From IMG/VR virus record IMGVR_UViG_3300028591_000189, positions 7,880 to 71,879 of that record: DNA of 64,000 nucleotides, one strand, 5' to 3'. This document shows, piece after piece, positions 38,747-47,271 of the stretch. Made by a program: the position numbers and the translations under genes. Under the pieces are notes generated by a model that saw nothing but the letters and a program-made list of their open reading frames with translations, was not told the origin of the DNA and did no database searches. The first letter of the stretch is position 1. The number at the start of each line of letters is the position of its first letter. This DNA comes from a virus. Taxonomy: Duplodnaviria > Caudoviricetes.

Positions 38747-39595
38747 ATGAGCGTATTAAAGTTAATTGCATCTGATAGTTTTCTCTGCATCAACAAATGT
38801 ATCGCAAAGGCTTTTGGCCTGGATGCGGCGGTCATGATCGCTGAACTTGCGACATGCTACAACTATTGGGAATCACAGGACGGTCTTACTGAGGACGGTA
38901 TGTTTTATGAAACCGTTGAGAGAATGGAAGAAAATACCACTCTGACTAAATATCAGCAGTTAAAGGCTATTGCCGTTCTTGAAGATGCTGGGGTTATCCG
39001 CACCGAGAGAAGGGGCCTTCCGGCAAAGAGATACTTTGCTATCAATGAAGAAAAACTGCTTGAAGTAGTTGACAACAAGAAGTCAAAAAACTGGACAACT
39101 GGAAGTGAAAAAACTGAACAACAAGAGAGTGAGTTTTTTGACGTAAATAAGAATAGAGAAGAAGAAAAAAGAGAGATTAAGAATAGAACTATAAGAGAAA
39201 GTGGTTCGTCTGCGCCGACCACTACCGCCGAAAAAAAGCCTAAGAGAAAAACTTCGCCTTCTGTAACCGATGATAAAGCAACCGAAATGATGGAGCCTAT
39301 GAATATCTCTGAACCACTTAGGGAAAAGGTTCTTGAATGGTTACAATACAAGCGTGAAATCGGCAACACTTACAAGGAAACAGGCTTTAAGTCCCTTCTG
39401 AAACAGGTAGAAAAGGCTGAACAGAAGCATGGTGCATCAGCGGTTATGAATCAGATTGACCTTGCTATGTCAAGATCGTGGCAAGGTATGTACTTAGATA
39501 AAATCGTTTCCAGCAACAATAACAACACCGCAAAGAAGGATAGCTTCTCTAGCGGTGTAGATATGCTCATGAGTGAGGGGTGGTATAATGACTAA
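38747..39595 (+). CDS. Phage replication initiator (wHTH + DnaD-like)
   Basis: F..T...MEE.TTLT.YQQ..AI..L; internal AT-rich direct repeats 39085-39099/39108-39122; W.QYK.E...Y..TG, WQG.Y. Confidence 0.8.
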   Translation: MSVLKLIASDSFLCINKCIAKAFGLDAAVMIAELATCYNYWESQDGLTEDGMFYETVERMEENTTLTKYQQLKAIAVLEDAGVIRTERRGLPAKRYFAINEEKLLEVVDNKKSKNWTTGSEKTEQQESEFFDVNKNREEEKREIKNRTIRESGSSAPTTTAEKKPKRKTSPSVTDDKATEMMEPMNISEPLREKVLEWLQYKREIGNTYKETGFKSLLKQVEKAEQKHGASAVMNQIDLAMSRSWQGMYLDKIVSSNNNNTAKKDSFSSGVDMLMSEGWYND

Positions 39596-40226
39596 AGAAG
39601 AAACAACAAAAGTCGTATTTTACATTAAGGGTGCGTATCCCGGCTATTATCTCAAAGTAAATGCAGATGCGTTCAAGCATCAGATTATGGTGTGGCATGA
39701 TATTCTTAAAAACGAACCTTTTGACCGTGTTATGGCAGGGGTAAAGAGTGCTATCTGCGCCGGAACGAACGGTTTTCCGCCTTCGCTTGATATGGTTATC
39801 GAATACATGCACAGGGCAGAGAACCCTGGAAACCGTTCTGGAATTGATGCTTGGCGGTTAGTGTGCAGGGCAATCAACTCTCCCCGCGACCAAATGAAAG
39901 CTGCGTTCGCTACTCTGCCGGAAACGATTCAGCATGTCTTAGGTTCGCCGGATACTCTGCTTGCATGGGGCAACGTGGATACGGAACACTTTGAAACCGT
40001 GATCCAGTCGAACTTCCTTCGGTCATATGAAGCACAGGTTCGCCGTGAACACATTGAACACAAGATACCTGAGAACCTTCGTATCTCGCTTGACGGGCCG
40101 GAGCCGCCTAAGATCGAAGGCCCTAAGTCCGTTGAGTATGACGATGCTTTTGATTCAACCGAAGTCGAAATGCCTAAGTCCGTATCTGACAGGCTGGCGG
40201 CACTTCGGAAGAAACTTGGACAGTAA
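39588..40226 (+). CDS. Helicase loader/inhibitor (G39P-like)
   Basis: MTKEE...I..AYP...W...L....FPPS; directly after initiator. Confidence 0.75.
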   Translation: MTKEETTKVVFYIKGAYPGYYLKVNADAFKHQIMVWHDILKNEPFDRVMAGVKSAICAGTNGFPPSLDMVIEYMHRAENPGNRSGIDAWRLVCRAINSPRDQMKAAFATLPETIQHVLGSPDTLLAWGNVDTEHFETVIQSNFLRSYEAQVRREHIEHKIPENLRISLDGPEPPKIEGPKSVEYDDAFDSTEVEMPKSVSDRLAALRKKLGQ

Positions 40227-40265
40227 ATTTTATTCGAGATTTTAGGAAAATTTTGTCTAATATGG

Positions 40266-40294
40266 TTGACACGCACAGTGAATTGTAGTAGACT
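40266..40294 (+). promoter_or_regulatory. Promoter for the RAMP locus
   Basis: TTGACA-17-TAGACT; TCTACtaaaGTAGA operator 50 bp downstream (40344-40357). Confidence 0.7.
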
Positions 40295-40371
40295 AAAGAA
40301 GTCGAAGGGCAAGGGGGTACGGCCTAGGACAGTACCCCATAATTCTACTAAAGTAGACGGAAGGAAGGAGA

Positions 40372-40836
40372 ATGGTAAACAACATCGCTTACGAATGGAA
40401 GTTGCCTAGTCTGTACAAAGGCGTAAGCGCAGAGAAGTGCGCAAAGGAAATCGGTGACGTAACTACTCCTAAACAGGTTGTAGATATTGCCCGTGACGAA
40501 AGCACAGAACTTCACAAGTGCTTTGAATGGGACGATGATATTGCCGCCGAGAAGTACAGAGAGGTACAGGCGAAAGAAGTTCTGCGGAGCATTGTTATCA
40601 AGCACGTAGAAGCGCCTAAGAATGAGGGAGAGGAAGAACAGATAACGCACTTCCGGGTGTTTGAGAACGCACCTGAGAAGAATACGTACAAGTCGGTACA
40701 ACTGATCGTTCAGAATCCCGATGAACACGCAAAGCTGATTGCACAGGCCCGTAGAGAATTGGAAGCCTTTAAGAAACGCTATGAGAACATCATGGAACTT
40801 GCGAAGGTCATAGCGGCAATCGAAGAATTTATCTGA
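40372..40836 (+). CDS. Conserved phage protein (ELHKCFEWDD.IAAEKYR motif); candidate accessory protein of the RAMP system
   Basis: SD ggaagga; first gene of locus, directly upstream of array A. Confidence 0.7.
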   Translation: MVNNIAYEWKLPSLYKGVSAEKCAKEIGDVTTPKQVVDIARDESTELHKCFEWDDDIAAEKYREVQAKEVLRSIVIKHVEAPKNEGEEEQITHFRVFENAPEKNTYKSVQLIVQNPDEHAKLIAQARRELEAFKKRYENIMELAKVIAAIEEFI

Positions 40837-40843
40837 ATCAACA

Positions 40844-41433
40844 CGGTACAGACTGTTGAATAGGTGGCAGTAAGCCACATAATTACATAATTACAGTACG
40901 ACACAGTAAATGAGAGAATATTACATTAAACGACACAACAACAAATTACTACCATCTGTTCAGCAGTCCGTACCGATAACACTGACTGTCTAATAGGTGA
41001 AATAAGTCACCTACATAGACCATACGGCATTAAACCAAATTAGACTGCATTACAAAACAGCGGCTAAGAAAAAATTAGAATAAACTACAACAGATTTATT
41101 TCATCTGTTAGGCAGTCAGTAAACATTGACCATCTACCAGGTGGCAGTAGCCACCAAACACCGTTTATCACATGACACAAAATCATAGGTAACAACAAAC
41201 GAGTAAAACAGAAGAAATCACACTACATAACAACATAGTTACTACCATCTGATAGGTGGTCAATGAACAAAGTAACAATCGGTTGTCTTATAGGTGGCAG
41301 AAGTCACCGAAAAGATAATAAAAAACGTTTAAACAGAATCGGTCAACACCTGTAATGACAGTAGAAAAAATTAAACGACAATTAACCAAAGAACAACACA
41401 GGACAGACTACTACCATCTGTAAGGCAACCGAT
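40844..41433 (+). ncRNA. Array A: four stem-flanked units each holding an ANA-NN pentamer tract (putative guide RNAs)
   Basis: Units 40844-40975, 40981-41120, 41125-41264, 41278-41433; conserved arms AGGTGGCAGTA / TACTACCATCT with covarying outer stems; no plus-strand ORF. Confidence 0.8.
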
Positions 41434-41474
41434 AAAATAAATAATTCCACAAAAGAAAAGGAGAAAGAAAAACC

Positions 41475-42116
41475 ATGGCAAAGAAAGACGAAATCATTGA
41501 AATCAAGAAAGTTGACCCTAAGACCGCCATCTTCCACATTGAAGGAACCAGCGCCATCATCTGTAACAAGATGGACAATGTTACAAAGCGTGACCTGACC
41601 GATGAACGCAAGGACAAGGCAAAGGAAGTCAAGAAGCCTAACAAGTGGGAAAAGATCATTACCTCTATCCACTGGAACAACGGCGACCCGGAAACTTTCA
41701 CAGAGGAATCTCTGAAAGAGCAGCTTGCAAACAACGCCCCATGCTTCACAACCTTTGGTTTCAAGAAGGCCATGTGTGATGCGGTTGTCCGTTTCGGCAT
41801 CGACAAGTATTCCACTAAGTTCAAGGCGGCGGTCAGCATGAACAGCAAGAACGGACTTATCCCGTTCAAGTTCTCCGATTACAGATGCAGGGAAGAACTC
41901 ATGTCCCCTAAGAGGGGCGCTCCGATTCTGGTCTACATCAACGAGTTCGGCGGCTGGGAAGCAGATGTAAGCATTACCTACATCGACAGCGTTTACTCCC
42001 TGGAACAGATCGTGAACATCATCAACCTTACAGGCATCGGAATCGGCATCGGCTCCGGCAGAAACGCAGAGTTCGGCAGATTCAAGGTGACTGGCGTAAC
42101 AAAGGTTGGCGAATAA
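41475..42116 (+). CDS. Cas7/RAMP-like protein 1
   Basis: beta1 IFHIEGTSAII, helix TFGFKKAMCDA, FGGWEADVSI, Gly-rich loop GIGIGIGSGR...FGRF. Confidence 0.75.
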   Translation: MAKKDEIIEIKKVDPKTAIFHIEGTSAIICNKMDNVTKRDLTDERKDKAKEVKKPNKWEKIITSIHWNNGDPETFTEESLKEQLANNAPCFTTFGFKKAMCDAVVRFGIDKYSTKFKAAVSMNSKNGLIPFKFSDYRCREELMSPKRGAPILVYINEFGGWEADVSITYIDSVYSLEQIVNIINLTGIGIGIGSGRNAEFGRFKVTGVTKVGE

Positions 42117-42254
42117 GATACATTCGTAACGTCAATTTTTCTACCATAGTAGACAGGGGGTGATAAACGGCAACATCTATAACAGGAGAACCAACTTACA
42201 GCAACGAGAAGAAAAGGTTCGGCTCCGTAGGGTGTTGGTAACAATACGAACTGT

Positions 42255-44210
42255 TACAGAATAGCATAGAATTGATGTGGAAAGGGGTGAGCAAAGGCTA
42301 AGAGAAACGGTGCCCAGGAAAAGCAAAGATTGGCAACGGCAATGTGAAGTTTTGCTAGGGCAAAGCGAAGTATGACAGGGCAATGGCAAAGAAGCGCTAC
42401 GAAAGGCCATGGTTAAGCTAAGAAAAGCAGAGCCACGGAAATGTTTAGTGAGCCAGTGTGAGGGCGATGCGCAGAGCAGTGCTAAGTGGCAAAGGATTAG
42501 TTCTGATGCGTAAGGTGCTGGCATAGCCTAGAAGCGTACAACACTGTTATGGATTAGCTTGGATTAGTTACGGACTAGCCCTGACTAGTTAAGTTAAGGC
42601 TCTGATATGAACTGTGCAGGAAATGTGAAGAACAGCATGGGCATAGGAATGAAACGTGAAGGCTAAGTCCTGATAGCTTCGGAAATGATACGCCAAGTCT
42701 TGGCACTGGTTCGCCATGAAAAGGAAATGCAAAGTTTCGTTGCGGAAAAGGTTAGCCATGAACGGCAAAGGCACTGACTAGATAGGCTACGCATTGGAAT
42801 TGAACAGAACCGTCCCGCAAGGGAAAAGCATGGAGAACAACAGTAATGGCTTAGTTTTGTTCCGGCTGTAAAGGCGGTGATTTGAATAGCGTAGGCAGGG
42901 GCTTGAATAGCGTTGGTTATGACAAGAAGCGTAGTGGCTGAGTTCTGCGTGGTGACGAAATGCTGTGGAAAAGCACTGTGCCGGAAGAGCAAAGAATCGT
43001 ACTGTGCCGGAAAAGTATAGCACGGTTTCGGAATAGCAAAGCATAGCCGGACAGAGCAATGGTAATGACTAGAGATGTGACGTAGTGCAGTGGAATTGCA
43101 AAGTTGAGCGAAGAACCGTTGAGGAAATGCAAAGACGGGAAAAGCTATGGCGTTGCTGGGAAAAGATTGGCAAGGGTGTTGTGAGGACAGGATATGCTAT
43201 GGCATTGTTCAGCCGAGTTTCGGTGTCGAAGTGATGCGACCTGTAAAGGCGTTGATTTGACATGATTTGTTTTGGCATTGCAAAGTTCAGATTCGCAAAG
43301 GAAAAGCAGGGAAAAGTTTGCACTGTAAAGGCAGAGCAAGGAGAGGTTTTGCGAAGGCAGAGGAACGCTGTGTATCGGCATTGGGCGGCTAGATAGCGTA
43401 AAGGCATGGTCAAGCGGTGAAACGCAAAGGCGAAGCAATGATCGTGAAGAAACGATAGCTTGGTAAAGGCATCGTGGAACGGTGTTTAGGCTAGGAAAGG
43501 TATTGTTCTGTCAAGGCAAAGCCAAACGATGTAATGGCAGAGAGTAGCAAGGCGGCGGCATTGATAGTGCGGTAATGATAGCGCTGATATGGAGTTGCAT
43601 AGAATAGTCCGCAATGGAGTAGCTAAGTTCAGAAGCGTAGGGCTTCGGCAAAGTAAAGGCTGTGATGCTTCGGAAGTGAATTGCGAAGAAATGGCGAAGT
43701 AAACCGGGGCCGTGTTCAGGAATGGCTCAGAGTTGATTCGCAAAGGCATAGACCAGTCATGAGTTGCTAAGGCATTGAGTAGATAAGCAATGGCAAAGCG
43801 AAGCATTGACATGTTAAGGCGTTGCGAAGATATGCTCCGCAAAGGAATCGTGATGCTCAGTTGAGGAAAAGAAAAGAGCCGTGCGCAAGGGAAATGCAAA
43901 GCAAAGTGACGTTGCGGAGTAGTTTTGTATCGGTGGTGCTATCAGATGCGAAGTGATGGAATGGTGATGCCAGGAGAAGAACAGAGGGGGTGATGGAAAC
44001 GAGTGGAAGAGTAAAGGCATAGAAGCGAGCAGTCATGGAAATGAGTAGAACAGTTTAGTCGTGGAAATGAATGAGTAGAAGCGGTCAGCTACGGAAAAGC
44101 TAAGATTGGTATAGGAATCGTAAAGTTCAGTAGCGGAAATGTTCAGTACGGTCATGGAAAGGAATGGAAAGGCCCTGAACGGCAAAGGCGGCGAATGGCC
44201 CCGTGCTGAT
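42255..44210 (+). repeat. Array B: ~1.95 kb non-coding tract of G-terminated pentamers punctuated by GG-ending hexamers
   Basis: e.g. 43731: agttg attcg caaagg catag accag tcatg agttg ctaagg cattg agtag ataag caatgg; no plus-strand ORF of 60 aa or more. Confidence 0.85.
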
Positions 44211-44282
44211 TACACAAGCAAAGGCAACTGTTAACCAGTGGTTCCAAAAATATTTTTTCAAGAAAGAAAGGAAAGAAAAACA

Positions 44283-45023
44283 ATGGCACTTGATATTTTT
44301 AGCAAAAACGCAATCGACAGAAGAATCAAAATCTCCTTCCTGGAGCCTGCACTTGGCACGGCCCCTAATGACAAAGAGGTTTACAGCAACTATATCGCAA
44401 GCAAGGCCCCGGACGCACAGGGAATCGAAGAAGAGATTGCCGCCATCGGTGTAGATGGTGTGGCAGAGCAGGGCATGACAGTATTCCCCCGTATCAACTT
44501 CGACAAAGAGCGCCCCGGTTTCTGGCCTTATCAGATTCGTGGATTCTTCAAGTCAGCACAGCAGGCACTCAACGATATGGTTCCGAACAAGGAAGAGCGT
44601 AAGAAGAAGGGTTCCGGCTACCTGTCCACATACAAGCGCAAGATCGACACGCTGGTTTTTGTCAAGACCATCGGCGCAAGATGGACAAAGTACAAGACTG
44701 CCGGAACGGATAAGCAGCTTATTGAGATTCACCTTCCCGAAGGTGGCGAGATCACAGCCTGTGAACGCCCTCTGAGAGCACAGACCATGCAGGGCGAACG
44801 TGTTGCACTGGCGAAGAGCGAAGCGGTTCCCGAAGGCTCCTGGATGGAGTTTGATGTAAGGATTATCGATCCCAACCTGGAAGATTACCTTGGCGAGTGG
44901 CTCGAATTTGGAGCCTACAACGGCCTTGGACAGTGGCGCAACTCCGGCAAGGGCACATTCGTTTACTGGATGTACGATATGGACGGCAACCTTGTCAAGA
45001 CCAATGCCGAAGATGAAGAATGA
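44283..45023 (+). CDS. Cas7/Csm3-type RAMP-like protein 2
   Basis: beta1 IKISFLEPALGT, PYQIRGFFKSA, SEAVPEGSWMEFDV, Gly-rich loop GLGQWRNSGKGTF. Confidence 0.78.
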   Translation: MALDIFSKNAIDRRIKISFLEPALGTAPNDKEVYSNYIASKAPDAQGIEEEIAAIGVDGVAEQGMTVFPRINFDKERPGFWPYQIRGFFKSAQQALNDMVPNKEERKKKGSGYLSTYKRKIDTLVFVKTIGARWTKYKTAGTDKQLIEIHLPEGGEITACERPLRAQTMQGERVALAKSEAVPEGSWMEFDVRIIDPNLEDYLGEWLEFGAYNGLGQWRNSGKGTFVYWMYDMDGNLVKTNAEDEE

Positions 45024-45041
45024 GAAAGAAGGTGACAGGAT

Positions 45042-45449
45042 ATGTCAATGAACTGTTTCACGGGCATCGGCAACTTAGTTGCTGACCCGGAAGTAAGGTA
45101 CACAAATGACGGTCTGTGTATCGCAAGCTACCGTATAGCAATCAGCAGGGACTTTAGCAAGGACAACGAAAGCGACTTCCTTAATTGCAAGGCTTTCGGC
45201 AAGTCCGGCGAGTTTGCAGAGAAGTATCTGCGGAAGGGCATGAAAATCGGCATCAAGGGACGGGTTCAGACGGGAAGCTACACGAACAAGGAAGGCAACA
45301 AGGTCTACACTACCGACATTATTGTAGAGAACCATTACTTCTGCGAGAGGGCAGAAAGCGGCGGCAATCGTGGCGGCGGTCACGAGAAGTCCGCAGACGA
45401 CTTCATGAACATCCCGGACGGGATTGACGAAGAACTTCCGTTTACCTAA
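45042..45449 (+). CDS. ssb: Single-stranded DNA-binding protein
   Basis: GNLVADPEVRYT, GRVQTGSY.NKEG, C-terminal DEELPF. Confidence 0.96.
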   Translation: MSMNCFTGIGNLVADPEVRYTNDGLCIASYRIAISRDFSKDNESDFLNCKAFGKSGEFAEKYLRKGMKIGIKGRVQTGSYTNKEGNKVYTTDIIVENHYFCERAESGGNRGGGHEKSADDFMNIPDGIDEELPFT

Positions 45450-45491
45450 GTAGTCTACTAAGGCAGAAGGAAAACGATAGGAGAGTAGAAA

Positions 45492-45866
45492 ATGAAGAAG
45501 GCAATCAGAAGAACAATCGAAACAGTTTTGATTCTGTACGTGATGATGTGGGTTCTCTGCATCGAAACGGCAACATGGGAAATGTACGTTGTGGCTTTTG
45601 GTTGCCTTCTTGGTTTATTAGCGTTTGGACGCAGGGAGCAGAGAATGACACAGAATGAACAGGTGCTTGACTACATGCAGAAGTACGGTTCGATCACGGC
45701 CTTAGATGCCATGAGGGACTTAGGGTGCATGAGGTTAGCAAGCCGGATCAGTGACTTAAAGAAAAACGGTCACAGGATTATCACAACTAAGAAGTCAGTT
45801 GTGCGCCGGGACGGAACTAAGGCATATATCGCAGAGTACAGGCTGGGGGCGGCAGATGGAACGTGA
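45492..45866 (+). CDS. Membrane segment plus HTH domain (possibly two genes; HTH part starting MTQNEQV)
   Basis: Two hydrophobic stretches, then GSITALDAMRDLGCMRLASRISDLK. Confidence 0.55.
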   Translation: MKKAIRRTIETVLILYVMMWVLCIETATWEMYVVAFGCLLGLLAFGRREQRMTQNEQVLDYMQKYGSITALDAMRDLGCMRLASRISDLKKNGHRIITTKKSVVRRDGTKAYIAEYRLGAADGT

Positions 45867-46039
45867 GTTTATGGTGGTCTGCCATATCAACAAAGATGGA
45901 CAGTCGGCGTTCACAAGGTTCTTCGTAAGACATATAGGAGCAGTCACACGGGAGACAATCGTAGGCTGGGAAGATGTGTGTAAGGAAGTAGGCGGATATG
46001 ACAATGCCGTAGTCCTACATTGGCAGGAGTTATACACAA

Positions 46040-46444
46040 ATGGAACTGGTCATATGGAAGCAGATAAGGACGGGTGAGTACGAAAGTCCGCAAGGGTTTA
46101 AAGCCTACAATGTCCCGGAAGGATGGGAACTGATTTACGAGACTGACGAAGGACAGGAAATCACGATTCATGAAACATTCAAGGAAGCAAGGAAAAAGGC
46201 ACAGAGCATAAAGGGATTCGATATACCGAAGCATCCGAAAGGCCAGTATGGTCAATGGATAAAAGAGCCGATAGCGTACTGCCCATATCATCATTGTTTC
46301 CTATCTCATACGGATGCGAAGAATCATGAATGTCTGCGAAAAGGCTGCACTTGGCTAGTCAGAATATCCAGCCCACATTGGGACAGAAGGGACGAAGTAA
46401 AGAGGAACAAGAAAAAGAGGAAATCAAATGTCGGTATTAAGTGA
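46040..46444 (+). CDS. Hypothetical Cys/His protein
   Basis: YCPYHHCFL...H.CL.KGC motif. Confidence 0.55.
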   Translation: MELVIWKQIRTGEYESPQGFKAYNVPEGWELIYETDEGQEITIHETFKEARKKAQSIKGFDIPKHPKGQYGQWIKEPIAYCPYHHCFLSHTDAKNHECLRKGCTWLVRISSPHWDRRDEVKRNKKKRKSNVGIK

Positions 46445-46695
46445 AAACATCCTCAAATGCAAGGCAGACGGCATGAGTGATGAAGAAATCATCGAAGCGT
46501 GCGGATGCACAAAGGCGTTTTTGGAACTTGTCACAGGCAAGCGGAAGAAAATCTCAAATCATGCGGTGTGGGATGAAAAACGGTGTAAGGAATGGCGAGT
46601 AGTAACCGGGCAAATCCTTCGGTTGTTTGCGGCAGGGGTGCCGATGCCTGAATACTACAAGGAAGTGAGAAGAATGAACTTAGAAAGGGGAACAT

Positions 46696-47259
46696 ATGAA
46701 AACTGTAAGTAAGAAACTGATCCTGTTACTGATGGTAATGATTTTTGCGGTGATGCCCACACAGGCGGCAGTAAGCGTCCCGGCCTGCGTAAAGACTAAA
46801 GCAACGCAGCTTATGAGGGAGAGCGGCATGGACGTTGCGTTCGTTGTCAAAATCGGAAGTGACCGCAAAGGCACTGGATACATGTTTTACCGCAACGCTA
46901 AAGGAAAGGTTGTTTGCGACAGGAAAGGTACGGTGATTTTGGGAAAGAACACTCCGTACAAGAAGTCATACACGTATCGGTTTTATAGGAATTTCAACTT
47001 TGAGTACAACACAAAAGTGATGAAGTGGAAGGTCGGTAGAACGCAGTACGAACAGGATTGGCCCATTAACGTAGAGTGTGACCAGGTTGCAGAGTACGGA
47101 TTTTTGGTTCACGGATATGTGAGATACAAGGCTCCTGGTAAGGCGTGGACAACCTGTAAAGGTGCAAGCCGGAATACCGATGGTCTGGCAATGTGTAAGG
47201 AATTTGCAAGGTATTTAAGATCGTGTGCTGATGATGGTTGCCCGGTTGCTTTCATGTAA
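46696..47259 (+). CDS. Secreted protein (signal peptide), possibly YkuD-fold
   Basis: MKTVSKKLILLLMVMIFAVMPTQA signal; LGKNTP, FLVHG motifs. Confidence 0.55.
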   Translation: MKTVSKKLILLLMVMIFAVMPTQAAVSVPACVKTKATQLMRESGMDVAFVVKIGSDRKGTGYMFYRNAKGKVVCDRKGTVILGKNTPYKKSYTYRFYRNFNFEYNTKVMKWKVGRTQYEQDWPINVECDQVAEYGFLVHGYVRYKAPGKAWTTCKGASRNTDGLAMCKEFARYLRSCADDGCPVAFM

Positions 47260-47271
47260 GGGGGTGAGAGA

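Noticed and set aside
40844-41433. Array A as a classical CRISPR array
   Set aside because: Units are inverted-arm cassettes with periodic interiors, not identical direct repeats with random spacers; no cas1/cas2.
42177-44020. Many overlapping minus-strand ORFs (Leu/Ser/Cys/Phe-rich) across array B
   Set aside because: They occur in several frames at once, lack SDs and have compositions dictated by the 5-nt periodicity; they are by-products of the non-coding array.
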